64,000 nt of DNA, taken from Octopus bimaculoides. Taxonomy: Eukaryota. The notes under the pieces were generated by a model. That model ran no database searches, was not told the origin of the DNA, and saw only the letters and a list, made by a program, of their open reading frames with translations. Each line of letters begins with the position of its first letter. Within the stretch, counting starts at the first letter, position 1. Of the stretch, positions 1 through 12,396 are shown in pieces. Location of the stretch: assembly GCF_001194135.2 (NCBI RefSeq), contig NC_068982.1, positions 58,066,445-58,130,444 of the forward strand. The letters are read 5' to 3'. The position numbers and the translations under genes were made by a program.

Positions 1-460
1 ACACAATATTTTGCACCACATGATCGCAACCTTACATAGGAGATAAACCCTACAAAGGGGGGGGGGATCGCGAAGCCTTTAGAAGTGTTCATGGGAGATA
101 GTCAGGGACTTCCGGGACTGGTGGAGAAAATAGGAACTTCAGGTACTGGTGGAGGGCATGGGCGGGCGGGTAAACCGGGATCGAGAGAGACAGACACGAC
201 GGGAACTAAATATAACGACATTGTAATGATACGGACAAAATAGTGAACTGTGTGGTAAGGTGTATGAATCAGAGCAAAATATGAAATAGCGGCGAGGCTG
301 AAACAAAAACCAAATCAAACTCATCTTCTAGCCATGTCACTGAGTTTCTTGTGTATATTCAGCAAATTTCTAGGAGCAATATGGTATAATACAATTTGAT
401 GGACATACAAACCATCATATGAGGTTGCTGCTGTTTCCCCCCATGGAAGGTTGAATTCAG

Positions 461-805
461 GAGGTGTGGTAAGAAGCTTGCTTCCCAGCCATATGGTTCT
501 GGGTTCAGTCCCACAGTGAGACGTCTTGGGCAAGTATCCTTTACTATATCCTCAGGCTGACCAAAGCCTTGAGTGAATTTGATAGATGGAAACTGAAAGA
601 AGCCTGTTGCCCATATATATATATATATATATATNNNNNNNNNNGTATCTCTGCTTGTCCCCAACCACCACTTGACAACTGGTGTTGGTGTGTTTACATC
701 CCCATAACTTCGTAGTTTGATAACAAAAGAAAAAGAATGATAAAATAAGTCCCAGACTTAAAATATGAGTTTTGGGGTCGATTTATTCAAGTAAAACCCT
801 TCTAT
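461..805 (+). mobile_element. tRNA-derived SINE, family A (degenerate copy with internal TA tract and N gap)
   Basis: Head GTGTGGTAAGAAGCTTGCTTCCCAGCCATATGGTTCTGGGTTCAGTCCC (B-box-like), CTTGGGCAAG core, and a 3' half matching copies at 4860 and 18680. Confidence 0.8.
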
Positions 806-1019
806 GTGTTGTATGCTGCAAAATATTTCAAAATAGATAGTGGTTATAAAAACATTAGTAACAGGACAAGAATATAGCTATGATTTAAGTACCTATTGTA
901 TTTATCTTATTAACAGTTTTTAGATATCAACTAACATTATCTAAACAGAAAAATTTAGTCTCAGACAAGTCCTGATTTAGCAAACCTTTAATTAGTTTTG
1001 TTCCTAGAAACAGTGTCCA

Positions 1020-1400
1020 ATACTTCCATGCTCTTGCTGCTATTGGTTAATCCCTGGGCAGGATGATCTGCTGTTGCCTGCTGATTCATGCTCTTGTTTG
1101 ATGTGGTTGTGGTCATCTGAGGTTAATGGTCCCAGAAATGCCAAGCATAGAGCTGACCAGGTCCACCAGTGCTCTCCATCACTGATGGTCACATGCCAGT
1201 CCCTCTGCATCTTCTAAGGTGATGCTGAACCTCTGGAGATCTTCCCCAATCATATCCAGTCATCTAGTGCAGGGCCTGCCATGAAGCATCTTCCAGCCCA
1301 CAGCTGCTGCATCAAATGAGAGTAAAGCCCAGATAGGATGATTTACAGAGAGATGCAGGATAGCTCTGAGGTGGAAGACTGTAGGCTGATGTGTTTTATC
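1020..1400 (-). mobile_element. RTE-clade LINE, decayed ORF2 C-terminus
   Basis: Minus translation HLRAILHLSVNHPIWALLSFDAAAVGWKMLHGRPCTR*LDMIGEDLQRFSITLEDAEGLACDHQ*WRALVDLV matches the GRPxTRWxD...DRxxWRxLV end of RTE ORF2. It has two in-frame stops. Confidence 0.75.
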
Positions 1401-1689
1401 CACAGAAATGACATTAAAATTTAGCATGTCCTTACTGCTGTAAGTTAATCTTGACCTAGAAGACTTGTATTTTTATTCCTAGAAATAGCATCAAAGTCTC
1501 TGCTGTTGTTGTTTAGCTATATATTAGCTCAACAACTACACAATCTAAGGGTCTGCTTGAACAGGGAGTATAACTATTACACATCCACACATTATACAAG
1601 TTTATTTGATCAGAGCTAATAAAAAACAACAAAATTACTATATATCCTTACAACATTTCATTGAATCAGTTGCTTAAATAATATGAATA

Positions 1690-2192
1690 CCTCCTCCCAC
1701 TACCTGTGCCCGCTCACTACATTCCCTCCCCCATTTCCTACTCTCCTTTTGCAATATTGAGGACTCATCCACCCATTCACCCTCTCCAATTTCCCATCAC
1801 CTTCATTACATACCACCTTGTAACTTGGATGTACACCCCATCACATCACCACCTAATTATTTCTCTCCTCTATCTCTCTCCCATCACTCTTTCTCCACCT
1901 GAGATAGCCATGTTTCTCCTTTAGTGCAAGACACCCATTTCTGTCCCTCAATACAACTCCCCACTCAATCAAGGGGTCTTGTCTCACAATTTGTTCCATG
2001 ACCTTACTGTTGCTGGTGTCACATAAGAAGCACCCAGTACAATATGTAAAGTGGTTGGCATTAAGAAGGGTATTCAGCTATAGAAACCATGCCAAACCAG
2101 ACACTGGAGCTTGGTGCAGTCTTCTGGTTTGCCAGTTCCTGTGGAAGAATCCAACCCATGGAAAGAAGATGTTGAATGATGATGATGATAAT
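1690..2192 (+). mobile_element. Non-autonomous retroelement ending in the RTE-type 3' tail
   Basis: GTGGTTGGCATTAAGAAGGGTATTCAGCTATAGAAAC...CCAACCCATGGAAAG then (GAT)n, preceded by a pyrimidine-rich non-coding 5' part. Confidence 0.65.
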
Positions 2193-2829
2193 GGTCACAG
2201 ATTGTAGTAAATAACTTTAATGTATATTGGTTTTTAATTATTAGTTAATTTTCCTATATGTAAACTGTTGCAGTGTGATGTTGGTGCCATTGTTACTAGG
2301 AGTATTCATACAAAAGCAAGAACATGATCAATCATTTACAAAGACAATGTTACTACTTCACTGCAAAATTAGTCATTATGATTCATGATAGATGAAGATT
2401 TAAGTTTGATAGCTGAAAAGTTTCAATAATTCTGTAGTTCATATATGAGTAAACTTAAACAATACACAAAGTGAGCACAGTAAACTATTGTAAATATTCA
2501 ACCAATCAATACAACAACAACAAACCAACTTTCCAAGAAGCTAATTCAATCTAGGTGAAATGAAATTAGAGAGAGTTGAAAATCTTGCTCAAGCCATAGC
2601 AAATTATACAGTTCTAAAGTAAGATATAGAGATTTGAGATATTTACCAAAATTCTTTCATGACACTCTGATGAAGTGTGGAAGGTATATAGAGCAGAAAA
2701 TTTCAACTATGAAGACATTCAGAGTTTAAAATTAGTCAAATCTGACTACCAGCTTCAAGTAAGTTCAACTATTTGTCACAAAACTTCTAAAACTATTTAG
2801 GTTTCATTTTAACATTTAAGTCCAAGGTA

Positions 2830-3185
2830 CATCTCACAGATACTCTGGGATGCAGCATCAATGATGTTTTTTGGGTTTTAGAGGATTTTAGGTCTTTTGA
2901 TATCAGACCTCCTTACCCAATCGAGCCAGCTAAGGTTGATCAAGTTCCAGTTTGCATCCCACCAGCAGCAAACCATCGTTCTGCTTTCTTTATTCAAAAC
3001 CACAAAACCACATTGTCTGCAGCTTCAGTGATGGAATTTATGGCTGTCTTCGATGCAGCATCATTAACTTCAAGCCCAATAAGAGCTTTGCAGAATGAAT
3101 ATTTCACAAAACCCTAGCAGCCCACTTAAATTGTCTCACAACATGTCTGCCATCTCTAGTTTCTGCACTGCTCTACAAAACATCA
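2830..3185 (-). mobile_element. HERO-like RLE-type LINE, 3' end of ORF plus 3' UTR
   Basis: Minus translation EQCRN*RWQTCCETI*VGC*GFVKYSFCKALIGLEVNDAASKTAINSITEAADNVVLWF*IKKAERW matches the CxxxGW...PIEVGCRGF...ITEAAExASRWLWxK terminus. It is followed by a UTR TGATCAACCTTAGCTGGCTCGATTGGGTAAGGAGGTCTGATATCAAAAGACC. Confidence 0.75.
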
Positions 3186-3342
3186 AAAAACAGATACCCA
3201 GAGTTGGTTGAAAATATCTCTGAAGTTGCTATGTAATGCTCATTTTTTTAAAAAAGTTGTTTCCTGGAATATAGCTAGGGATAAAGGTATTAGTTTAGTG
3301 CAGTTAATGTTAAATTTGTGAATTCTTGCACATTAATAGTTG

Positions 3343-3349
<7 letters not shown>

Positions 3350-3400
<51 letters not shown>

Positions 3401-3432
3401 AAGAGAGAGAAAGAAAGAAAGAGAGAGAGACA
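3350..3432. repeat. (GA)n / (GAAA)n microsatellite
   Basis: Directly visible. Confidence 0.95.
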
Positions 3433-3841
3433 GAATGTGTGTTTGCATCATTCTTTATAAAAACGTTCCCACAATCTTAAAACAAGGAGATGATTTTAAT
3501 GACAAGTTTGTATTAAAGTTAGGTGATGAGTACATAAAAACAAGATGTTGAATCAGCAAAAAGCCATGTTTAGGAACATTATTTGAATTTCATAATAAAA
3601 TTGGTGAAAGAAAAGAAAAAACAAAATCCCTGGCAACTCCACAAATAAGTGAAGAAAAGATCAAGATATTAACACTGGTATGTTTNNNNNNNNNNNNNNN
3701 NNNNNNNNNNNNNNNNNNNNNNNNNNNNNNNNNNNNNNNNNNNNNNNNNNNNNNNNNNNNNNNNNNNNNNNNNNNNNNNNNNNNNNNNNNNNNNNNNNNN
3801 NNNNNNNNNNNNNNNNNNNNNNNNNNNNNNNNNNNNNNNNN

Positions 3842-3874
<33 letters not shown>

Positions 3875-4498
3875 TAACTAAACCATTTTTTTAATGCACA
3901 CATACATGTACAGATATATGGGCCATTTCACTTCCATTTTATGACATCCAATAACCAAGAGCATCATTCAGTTTTATTTCTGACATCACTAGAACAGCAA
4001 TAACAATTTCAACTTTGTATAGACATCTTTGAACATTTTATTACCAATAGGATAAGTATGTTCATATAAAAAATATTATATTTTACATACAGCTTTGCAC
4101 AAGCTACTACCACATAGTGTGACAGAATCCAGAATCACATAGTTGAGAAAGAAACTTTTCAACCACACAGCAGTACCTGTACCTACCCAGCCATACGTGT
4201 ACTCCAGATACTCTAAATTAAAAACAAAGAAGGCTATTCTCAGTTATGTGTTCTACGCATCATACAATGCAGAATGACATAATTTGTTCATAGAGTTTGA
4301 TTCTCTATAGTTCACAGATCATTTCTACCCAATGGGTACCATCAGGAAAAGACAACTAGATTTATCTGCTTCAGCTATTTACCAAACATTCAACTGTGGT
4401 TCACTTCAAAAATTACTAGAATGCTCATTACTAAAATGTCTTTGATCCAAGCTGTTCCTGATCTGGTTTCTGTTTTTGCTTTCCTTCCAGGTCAATAT

Positions 4499-5012
4499 GA
4501 GAGTTTCTCTCATGGCATCTACCACAGTATAGTTTGTTCTAACAGAACATCCACATTTAAGTGGGGATAAATATTACCTCTTGGTATTGATACTGCCTCT
4601 GTCACTAATAAATATTTTTTAACAAGCTCACAGGCTAATTGCAACACCAGCACCTGTTCTGGCACTGTTATTCTATATATCACTGGGGGGGGGGGGATTG
4701 CTGCTATCAGTACTGGATTGAGTATCCAGCATTGATAAGACCAAAAAAAGGTTGAAATCAAGTGATCTGATGGTCTTGGTGCTGGAGGTAGTGGGGATTT
4801 ATCTCCCTGCTAGTGATATAAACAAGAGTGCATTTTGCATCAAAAGCTAATATGAGAGTGGTGGTAAGTAGCTTGCTTACCAACCACATGGTTCCGGGTT
4901 CGGTCCCACTGCATGGCACCTTGGGCAAGTATCTTCTACTATAGCCTCAGGCCGACCAAAGCCTTGTGAGTGGATTTGGTAGATGGAACTTGAAAGAAGC
5001 CTGTCGTATATT

Positions 5013-5068
<56 letters not shown>

Positions 5069-5690
5069 CTTGTGCGTCTGTGTTTGTCCCCCCACCATCG
5101 CTTGACAGCCGATGCTGGTATGTTTACGTCCCCGTAACTTAGCGGGTTGGTAAAAAGAGACCGATAGAATAAGTACTAGCCTTACAAATTATAAGTCCTG
5201 GGGTCGATTCTCTCGACTAAAGGCGATGCTTCAGCATGGCCGCAGTCAAATGACTGAAACAAGTAAAAGAGTATGGTATCTACCACAGTATAGGTTGTTC
5301 TAACAGAACATCCACGTTTAAGTGGGGATAAATATTTCATCTTGGTATTAACGCTGACTCTGTTGCTTATATATATTTTCTAACAAGCTCACAAGCTAAT
5401 CATGACACCAGTGCCTGTTCTGCACTATCATTCTATATATTGCAGATGGAGGTGGTTTGAGTTGTTGCTATCTCTAGTGGTTGAGTGTCCATCATTAATG
5501 AGACCAAGGAAGGTCGAAATCCTATGATCCGGTTGTCATAGCACTAGTGATGGTAGGAATGTATCTCCGTGCTAGCAATATGAACATGATTGCATATTGC
5601 ACCAAAAGGTGATAAGAGAGTTTCTCTCATGGTATCTACCACAGTATAGTTTGTTCTAACAAAACATCCATGCTTAAGTGGGTATAAACT
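4499..5690. repeat. Tandem repeat, unit ~356 bp, ~2.2 copies, interrupted by a SINE
   Basis: ATGG(C/T)ATCTACCACAGTATAG(T/G)TTGTTCTAACA recurs at 4512, 5273 and 5629. Units align along their length with substantial divergence. Confidence 0.9.
4860..5272 (+). mobile_element. SINE family A, near full-length, CpG-rich (young)
   Basis: GGTAAGTAGCTTGCTTACCAACCACATGGTTCCGGGTTCGGTCCC head, internal (TA)n(TG)n, and 3' end GCAGTCAAATGACTGAAACAAGTAAAAGAGT. Confidence 0.9.
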
Positions 5691-6215
5691 TTGCAAAGTT
5701 AAACCAAGATGTCTTCTTGAAGATACTTGCCAGGTAAAAATGATCTGTGTAACACTGGAAGATAAATTCTATGATTATATGTGTGTGTATATACTTACAT
5801 AAAAATGTGTCCACACCCAATTAACACCGAATAGTCATACATTTCCACAGTTCTCAAAGCAACCACTTTATCATTAAAGAAAAAAGTAGGTGGAATTCTG
5901 CTTTAAGCGCGCCATATAAACCCTCATAATTTTATTATTTTTTGGAATTCTCAAAATTTTTTGCAAATTTATGTTCTACACATAGAAATTTATATGGTTG
6001 TACAAAAACCAGAAAGAAAAAGATTTTGGTGCATGATTTAGGGGCTATTTTACTGTTATTTTTAGCACATCTCATGACCACCTCATACCCTCCTTGTTTG
6101 TTTGTCAGCTTGATGTATTGATGTTTTTCAATATCTTTCTCCCATAAACACATTTAATAGTCTATTGCTGGGATTTAAGCCAAAAATGCAGACTGTTCCT
6201 GTTTTAAACTGTGAG

Positions 6216-6443
6216 TTAACTCTTTAACATTCAAACTGGCCAAATCTGGCCCAAATATTCTTCCTGTTTTATGTTGAAACCAGCCAGATCAAGCCTCTCA
6301 CACCTGCCCTACAATGTTATTCTTAAAGTAAACAACAACATCATTGAAATCCTGAAGTTATGAGATAATACATGGTTACTTCAAATCAATGTGAATGAAT
6401 AAGCATTACATTTGACAAAATAATATGGATGCTAAAGGGTTAG
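6216..6443. mobile_element. TTAA-flanked MITE (piggyBac-like), family P
   Basis: TTAA-CTCTTTAACATT ... ATGCTAAAGGG-TTAG. The body is shared with copies at 27797, 44587, 52691, 56326 and 61160. Confidence 0.8.
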
Positions 6444-6450
6444 AAAATTC

Positions 6451-6600
6451 TTTGGTATTTTCAGAATGTTCTATACACAGGAATTGACATAAATATTAGA
6501 AATTTAGAAGAAATTTTTTTTAGATTGAGAAAAAAAATTTTTTTTAAATTTCTAATATTTGTGTCAATTCCTGTGTGTAGAACATTCTGAAAATACCAAA
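6451..6600. repeat. ~150-bp near-perfect hairpin (probable small MITE)
   Basis: TTTGGTATTTTCAGAATGTTCTATACACAGGAATTGACATAAATATTAGAAATTT pairs with AAATTTCTAATATTTGTGTCAATTCCTGTGTGTAGAACATTCTGAAAATACCAAA. Confidence 0.9.
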
Positions 6601-6967
6601 AAATTAAAAGTTTTGAGGGGTAATATGACATACTTAAAATAGAATTTCACCAAAATGTGAATATTTACAATATTCACATTTACACAACATATCAAGTAGT
6701 TCAAGCCCCATCATCTAATTCAAGAATATGTACATTGTGCCATGCTGGATTTGAACTCAGAGCTGTTATTAATTATTAGGTATTGATAATTGATTTTGTT
6801 ACTCACCCAGTAATGAGGGATGTTGCTACTTTTCATTTAAAAATAGTGGTCTGTGGTTCAAATCCAGTCTGGGACAATGTGAATTATAATATTCAGAAAT
6901 CAAACAATGTGAAACACTGAGTTAATATAGATATTGAGTATATATAGATAGTGATAGATAGTGAGTA

Positions 6968-7004
<37 letters not shown>

Positions 7005-7059
7005 TAAAAATAATGAAATTGGTTAAAAATAATAGGTATCATATACAGAGAGGTTCAAA

Positions 7060-7275
7060 TTTTGGTACAAGGCCAGCAGTTTTGGGAGGAGTCGGGGTTA
7101 AACTGGATACATTGGTCCTAATACTTGACTGATACTTTATTCTATTGACTTTGGAAAGATGAAGGGCAAAACTGAACTTGGTAGTGGGATGTGCACTTGA
7201 AATTTAACAACCAAACAAGGATGCCATCAAGCATGTTTCTTCCAATGTCCCACAGACTTTGCCAGCTCACCACCA
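7060..7275 (-). mobile_element. SINE family D (degenerate)
   Basis: GGTACAAGGCCAGCAGTTTTGGGAGGAG...GATGAAGGGCAAAACTGAAC...TTTGCCAGCTCACC matches the units in the 14 kb and 28 kb arrays. Confidence 0.7.
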
Positions 7276-7569
7276 GTAAACCTTGAATAATTTACAACAA
7301 CCAACAAACCAATGCTAATCAGTTAAACTACCATTTAGGGATGATTTGACTGCTAGAAATAGAAGTTGAATCATCCTCAAATTATATCCTTACTACCTTA
7401 AAAGATGGAGGACATGTTTGATGATGTGGTCTAGACCATGGTATAGACCATTTAATAATAAAAAAAAAAGAGATGGTCACAACTTGAATTCCTCTGAATA
7501 TAGGCCTGCTTAATCAGGGTTTAATAACTCATATTTTAACTACAACACGAAGTAAAATCCATCACAGGA

Positions 7570-8075
7570 TCTAGTCTTGCATTGTGGTGGATTGTGTGTC
7601 TTAAGACCCTCAGAACTACACCAGTGGAATGCAAGCTTCTGGTAGAACCTCCAATGCTGAATAAGTCAAAGGCCAGATGTAAAAATAAGTTTGTGTAGGG
7701 CCAGCAACCTTATCTTGAAAACTGTCAAGTTACAGAAGTACCAATGACAATTCGAAAGCAACAAGACCTGAGAGAGAAAGGCCTTCCCTCAGGAAAACAT
7801 ATGACAGTGTAGCAAAATCCAATAAGAACAGATCCTGAATAGCATGAAAGGATGGATAGACTGCACTTTAAGGAAACCAGCATTTTGCATTACACATCGG
7901 ACAGAAGAGAAGACACCATATAAATAACTGGAAATGGAATACTGAGACAGAAGTGAAAAAGTAGAAATCTAACTGGAAACAAGCAGAAGAGACTACTCAT
8001 ACCCAAAGTCAAGAACAATGGAGTAAAGACATCAATGACCCATGTGCCACAGCTGTGTGAAGGGCTTAACAAAAA
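7570..8075 (+). mobile_element. RTE-clade LINE remnant, probably internally deleted
   Basis: 3' part translates GQKRRHHINNWKWNTETEVKK*KSNWKQAEETTHTQSQEQWSKDINDPCATAV*, like the GxRxRGRPxxTW...W..AE...DRxxW...LC terminus. Assignment of the 5' part is tentative. Confidence 0.5.
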
Positions 8076-8269
8076 ACAAAACAAAAAGGAAAAACTGAAG
8101 TAAAATTAGGAAAAATAGGTCCCAGGGGAAATGTTAGATACTAAACTATAGTCAATAGACTCTCTTGTCCAATGTACTCAGACCAAACTCTTGAGATTTA
8201 TGAAATAATGATAGAAGATATCTTTCAATACTGACTGGAAAATAGGTAAAAAAAAAAAAAAAAAAAATC

Positions 8270-8560
8270 AACATTTAACATCCGTTTTCCATGTTGGCAT
8301 GAGTTTGATGGATCGACAAGAGCTTGTGAACTAGAGGATTGCACCAAGCTGCAATGTTTGCTTTCACATGATTTCTACACTTGGATGTCCTTCCTAATGC
8401 CTACCACTTTACAGTGTATTGGGTGCTTTTTAAGAGGTACTGGCACCAGGAAGATCACGAAGTAATTTGAAAGGTAAAACCCCTTCAAGTGAGGAAGGTG
8501 TAGTATTGAAGCAGGTGGGCTTTATGCCAGGTGATGATAAAGGGACAGGAACAGGTGTCT
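8270..8560 (-). mobile_element. RTE 3' UTR fragment
   Basis: CATTTAACATCCGTTTTCCATGTTGGCATG...GGATGTCCTTCCTAATGCCTACCAC is the reverse complement of the shared tail. Confidence 0.8.
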
Positions 8561-8989
8561 TGATGTAGGTGAAATACCACACATTATGCATAATATTTAC
8601 CTAACAATTTTTATATTAATATGTAAACATTTACAGGGAAAATATTGTGGAAAGTATCTAACAAGAGAAAACGAAAAACTGATTAAAACTCTGGAAATGA
8701 TCAGTAACAGAATCAAAGAAAATGGTAATAACATGGAATCTTGTAAACAATTCAAAATGGAAAAATATTTTTTCAAAGAAGATCATTCTTTATACTAGAG
8801 AAAACCCCACATTGTACAACATACATCATCCTCGATTCCTATCAGTGCAACACACATACATACACCCAAATAGATAGATACATATACAGATGTACAACAG
8901 TGTGGTTACAAGATGGGTTAAAGTAATAATTCTACAATGGAAGGGTAGAAGCAATGGAATACTAAAACTCTATGAGGGAAATGCAGCAA

Positions 8990-9450
<461 letters not shown>

Positions 9451-10154
9451 TAAAATGCTATTATCAACAAAATGACTGCCAGTAGATATGCACACTCTTT
9501 TCACATAAGCCTTGTATTGTTTGCATACATTTTGGGGGAAATATCTTGTCTTTGTTGGGACTGTTTGTAACCAATATACAGATATTCTTTCTTTCCTGAG
9601 TTTGTGTGTGATTGAGTGTGATTTCTTTCATTCTTTCTTTTTTTCTTTTTCTTTTTGCATATCTTTAATAACCAAAAACAAAAAATGAAAATTTCACGGA
9701 TTTTCTTTGATATTTTTGCATGAGACCATTGTTGTAGAAAGAAGCAAAACGTCTCAGAATATGATGGAGGATGAGTCACATGTAGTAAAGATAGAAATGA
9801 ACAATAGAGGAGGAATATGAAAAATTGAGCTAGGAGCAATATGAAGAAAAGGGGAAAAGAAGAAAAAAATAAAAGAAAAGGAAAAAGAGAATTTCACTTT
9901 AGTTTTCTTTTGTAGCAACAGATTTTTAAATATCATTCCAAACTTACTTCAGACATGATTACAGGAAAAAACAAACCAAACTTTATAAATACATACACTT
10001 ACAAGCACACATCATTATATATACATGCATATGTGTGTATATAAACACACACATAGATACATATACATAAGCACACATAGATACATACTATTATATACTA
10101 TCACACACATATATAAATATACACATATACACGTACAAAGACATATATGCATAC

Positions 10155-10209
<55 letters not shown>

Positions 10210-10644
10210 CATACATACATGCATATATGGACATATATACATATATATATGAGAGACAGAAATAAACACCATATTAATATAAGATATTGAATGTTTCTGA
10301 AATAGAAATATAAACCTAAATGCATTATTTACATGTAGACAAAATTTCAGGTGAAATACTGAAACAATTAATGATTTTTTTTTTTTTTTACTTATCATAA
10401 CAAAACCTATATAAGTTTTAAGATCTTTCTGTGACCTTAGCAAAAGTAGGAACAAAGCATCTAAAAATACAGCAATCATTTAAAGTTTAAATTTTAAATG
10501 TTTAAAGGTATAAATCTTTGGAAATGTTTCCAAATTCAAATTTTTTTTTCATTAACACAAGACATGGGAGATAGGTGGTCAAACAGGATGCTAGAATTGC
10601 AGGTGCTGGTAGAGTAATGTGCCAGCCTTAACATTCGATCCTAA

Positions 10645-10925
10645 TCAAAATCCTGAATTGTTGAGATAATACAAGGCTTTGGTCGGCTCGAATTTGCTCT
10701 TTTTCAGTTTGGTTTCCATGCCTATCGTAACCAATGGCCATGAATGTTGGGAAATGATTGATGAAAGAGTACAATCATGAATATAAGCAGCTGAAACAGG
10801 GTTCCTCTGAAGAATCACTGGAGTAACATTACTCAACAGGGTGTGTAGCTTGGAGATCAGGGTATCTCTCCAGGTTGAGCTGTTACACGTCTGCACTGAG
10901 AGGTCACAGCACCCGTATTATGGAC
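10645..10925 (+). mobile_element. RTE-clade LINE ORF2 fragment (post-RT region)
   Basis: Plus translation FSLVSMPIVTNGHECWEMIDERVQS*I*AAETGFL*RITGVTLLNRVCSLEIRVSLQVELLHVCTERSQHPYYGH matches PxLTYGxExW...IQAAEMxFLRRIxG...SEIRExL...ERSQLRWxGH. Confidence 0.85.
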
Positions 10926-10934
10926 ACAATCTTT

Positions 10935-11175
10935 TTCTTTTATTCTTTTACTTGCTTCAGTGATCTGACTGTGGCCATGCTGGAGCACCACCTTGAAGGG
11001 TTTTAGTCGAACAAATAGACCCTAGGACTATTTTTTTAAAGCCTAGTACTTATTCTATCAGTCACTTTTGCCGTGTTGCTAAGTTATGGGGATACAAACA
11101 CACCAATGCCAGTTATCAAGCAGTGATAGAGGGACAAACACAGAACAAAGCCACACACACAAATATATATATATA
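10935..11175 (-). mobile_element. SINE family A, 3' half
   Basis: TTTACTTGCTTCAGTGATCTGACTGTGGCCATGCTGGAGCACC...TAAGTTATGGGGATACAAACACACCA. Confidence 0.85.
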
Positions 11176-11415
11176 TGGTTATTATTATTTTCTTGTCTAC
11201 GTTTTGTTGCAATGTCCTGTACCCAGATATGCACCTATATATACAGGTAGACGTAGGTATGCACATACCTGTACGTATATATGCATATACTCATTTATTA
11301 TTTGTTTTATATATATATATATATATNNNNNNNNNNNNNNNNNNNNNNNNNNNNNNNNNNNNNNNNNNNNNNNNNNNNNNNNNNNNNNNNNNNNNNNNNN
11401 NNNNNNNNNNNNNNN

Positions 11416-12000
11416 AAGAAAATAAAAAATAATAATAATAATAATAAGGCAGAATGCTAAACTGAAAGCATATTTTAATATAGATGTGCATAAGGAGGAT
11501 TAAAAAGGATTTCTAACTAGCTTTCATTGCATGGCAAATTTTCAAGAAGAGGGGAAATGAAAATAATGTTTTTTTTACAAAAATATTAAAAATATATAAA
11601 AAAATAGATATACTAATAGATTATATTGTCTTTGAGTTTTTGAAGTTCAATGGTAATCCATGTAGATAAGTGTTAGATTGATTAGGATGCATGGAATTAA
11701 GAATCGTGTTGTGTTTAAAAACACGATTCGTAATTCCATGCATCCTAATCAATCTAACACTTATCTACATGGATTACCATTGAACTTAAAAAACTCAAAG
11801 ACAATATAATGTATTGGTAGATCTATTTTTTTATATATTTTTGTAAAAAACATTATTTTCAGTTCCCATCTTCTTGAAAATTTGCCATGCAATGAAAGCC
11901 AGTTAGAAATCCATTTTAATCCTCCTTATGCACATCTATATTAAAATATACTTTCAGTTTAGCATTCTGCCTTATTATTATTATTATTTTCCTATTATTT
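11416..12000. repeat. Large foldback element, arms ~280 bp, 9-nt loop at 11711-11719
   Basis: 11430-11710 is the near-perfect reverse complement of 11720-11990, with centre GAATCGTGTT-gtgtttaaa-AACACGATTC. The left end runs into an N gap. Confidence 0.95.
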
Positions 12001-12037
12001 CTGCACGTGCAGTTAACACAACTCCACCATTTACTGA

Positions 12038-12064
<27 letters not shown>

Positions 12065-12087
<23 letters not shown>

Positions 12088-12258
12088 CACCATGGGCATC
12101 TTTAAGTTTCTGTCTACCAAATCCACTCACAATGCTTTGATTAGCTTGAGGGTATGGTAGAGGACACTGGCCCAAGGTGCCACACACTGGGACTGAACCA
12201 GAAACCATGTAGTAGAAAAGCCATCTTCTTACCACACAGTCATGCCTGTGCCTATGAT
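12065..12258 (-). mobile_element. SINE family A, 5' half
   Basis: CTTTAAGTTTCTGTCTACCAAATCCACTCAC...CCCAAGGTGCCACACACTGGGACTGAACC...TTACCACACAG. Confidence 0.85.
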
Positions 12259-12396
12259 TAGGATGTTAGAGAAAAGAACTGTAAGGTAAGATTCTTCAAG
12301 CTGAGCCAATCTATGAGAGACCAAAAACAAGATGGTTGGATAACACCCATAATATCAGTTAGCCACAGTTGAGAATCTAACCAGTGAGAGTGGGGG

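Noticed and set aside
8586-8798. 70-aa ORF with a possible acceptor at ~8636
   Set aside because: No recognisable domain, no convincing donor, and length is within chance expectation.
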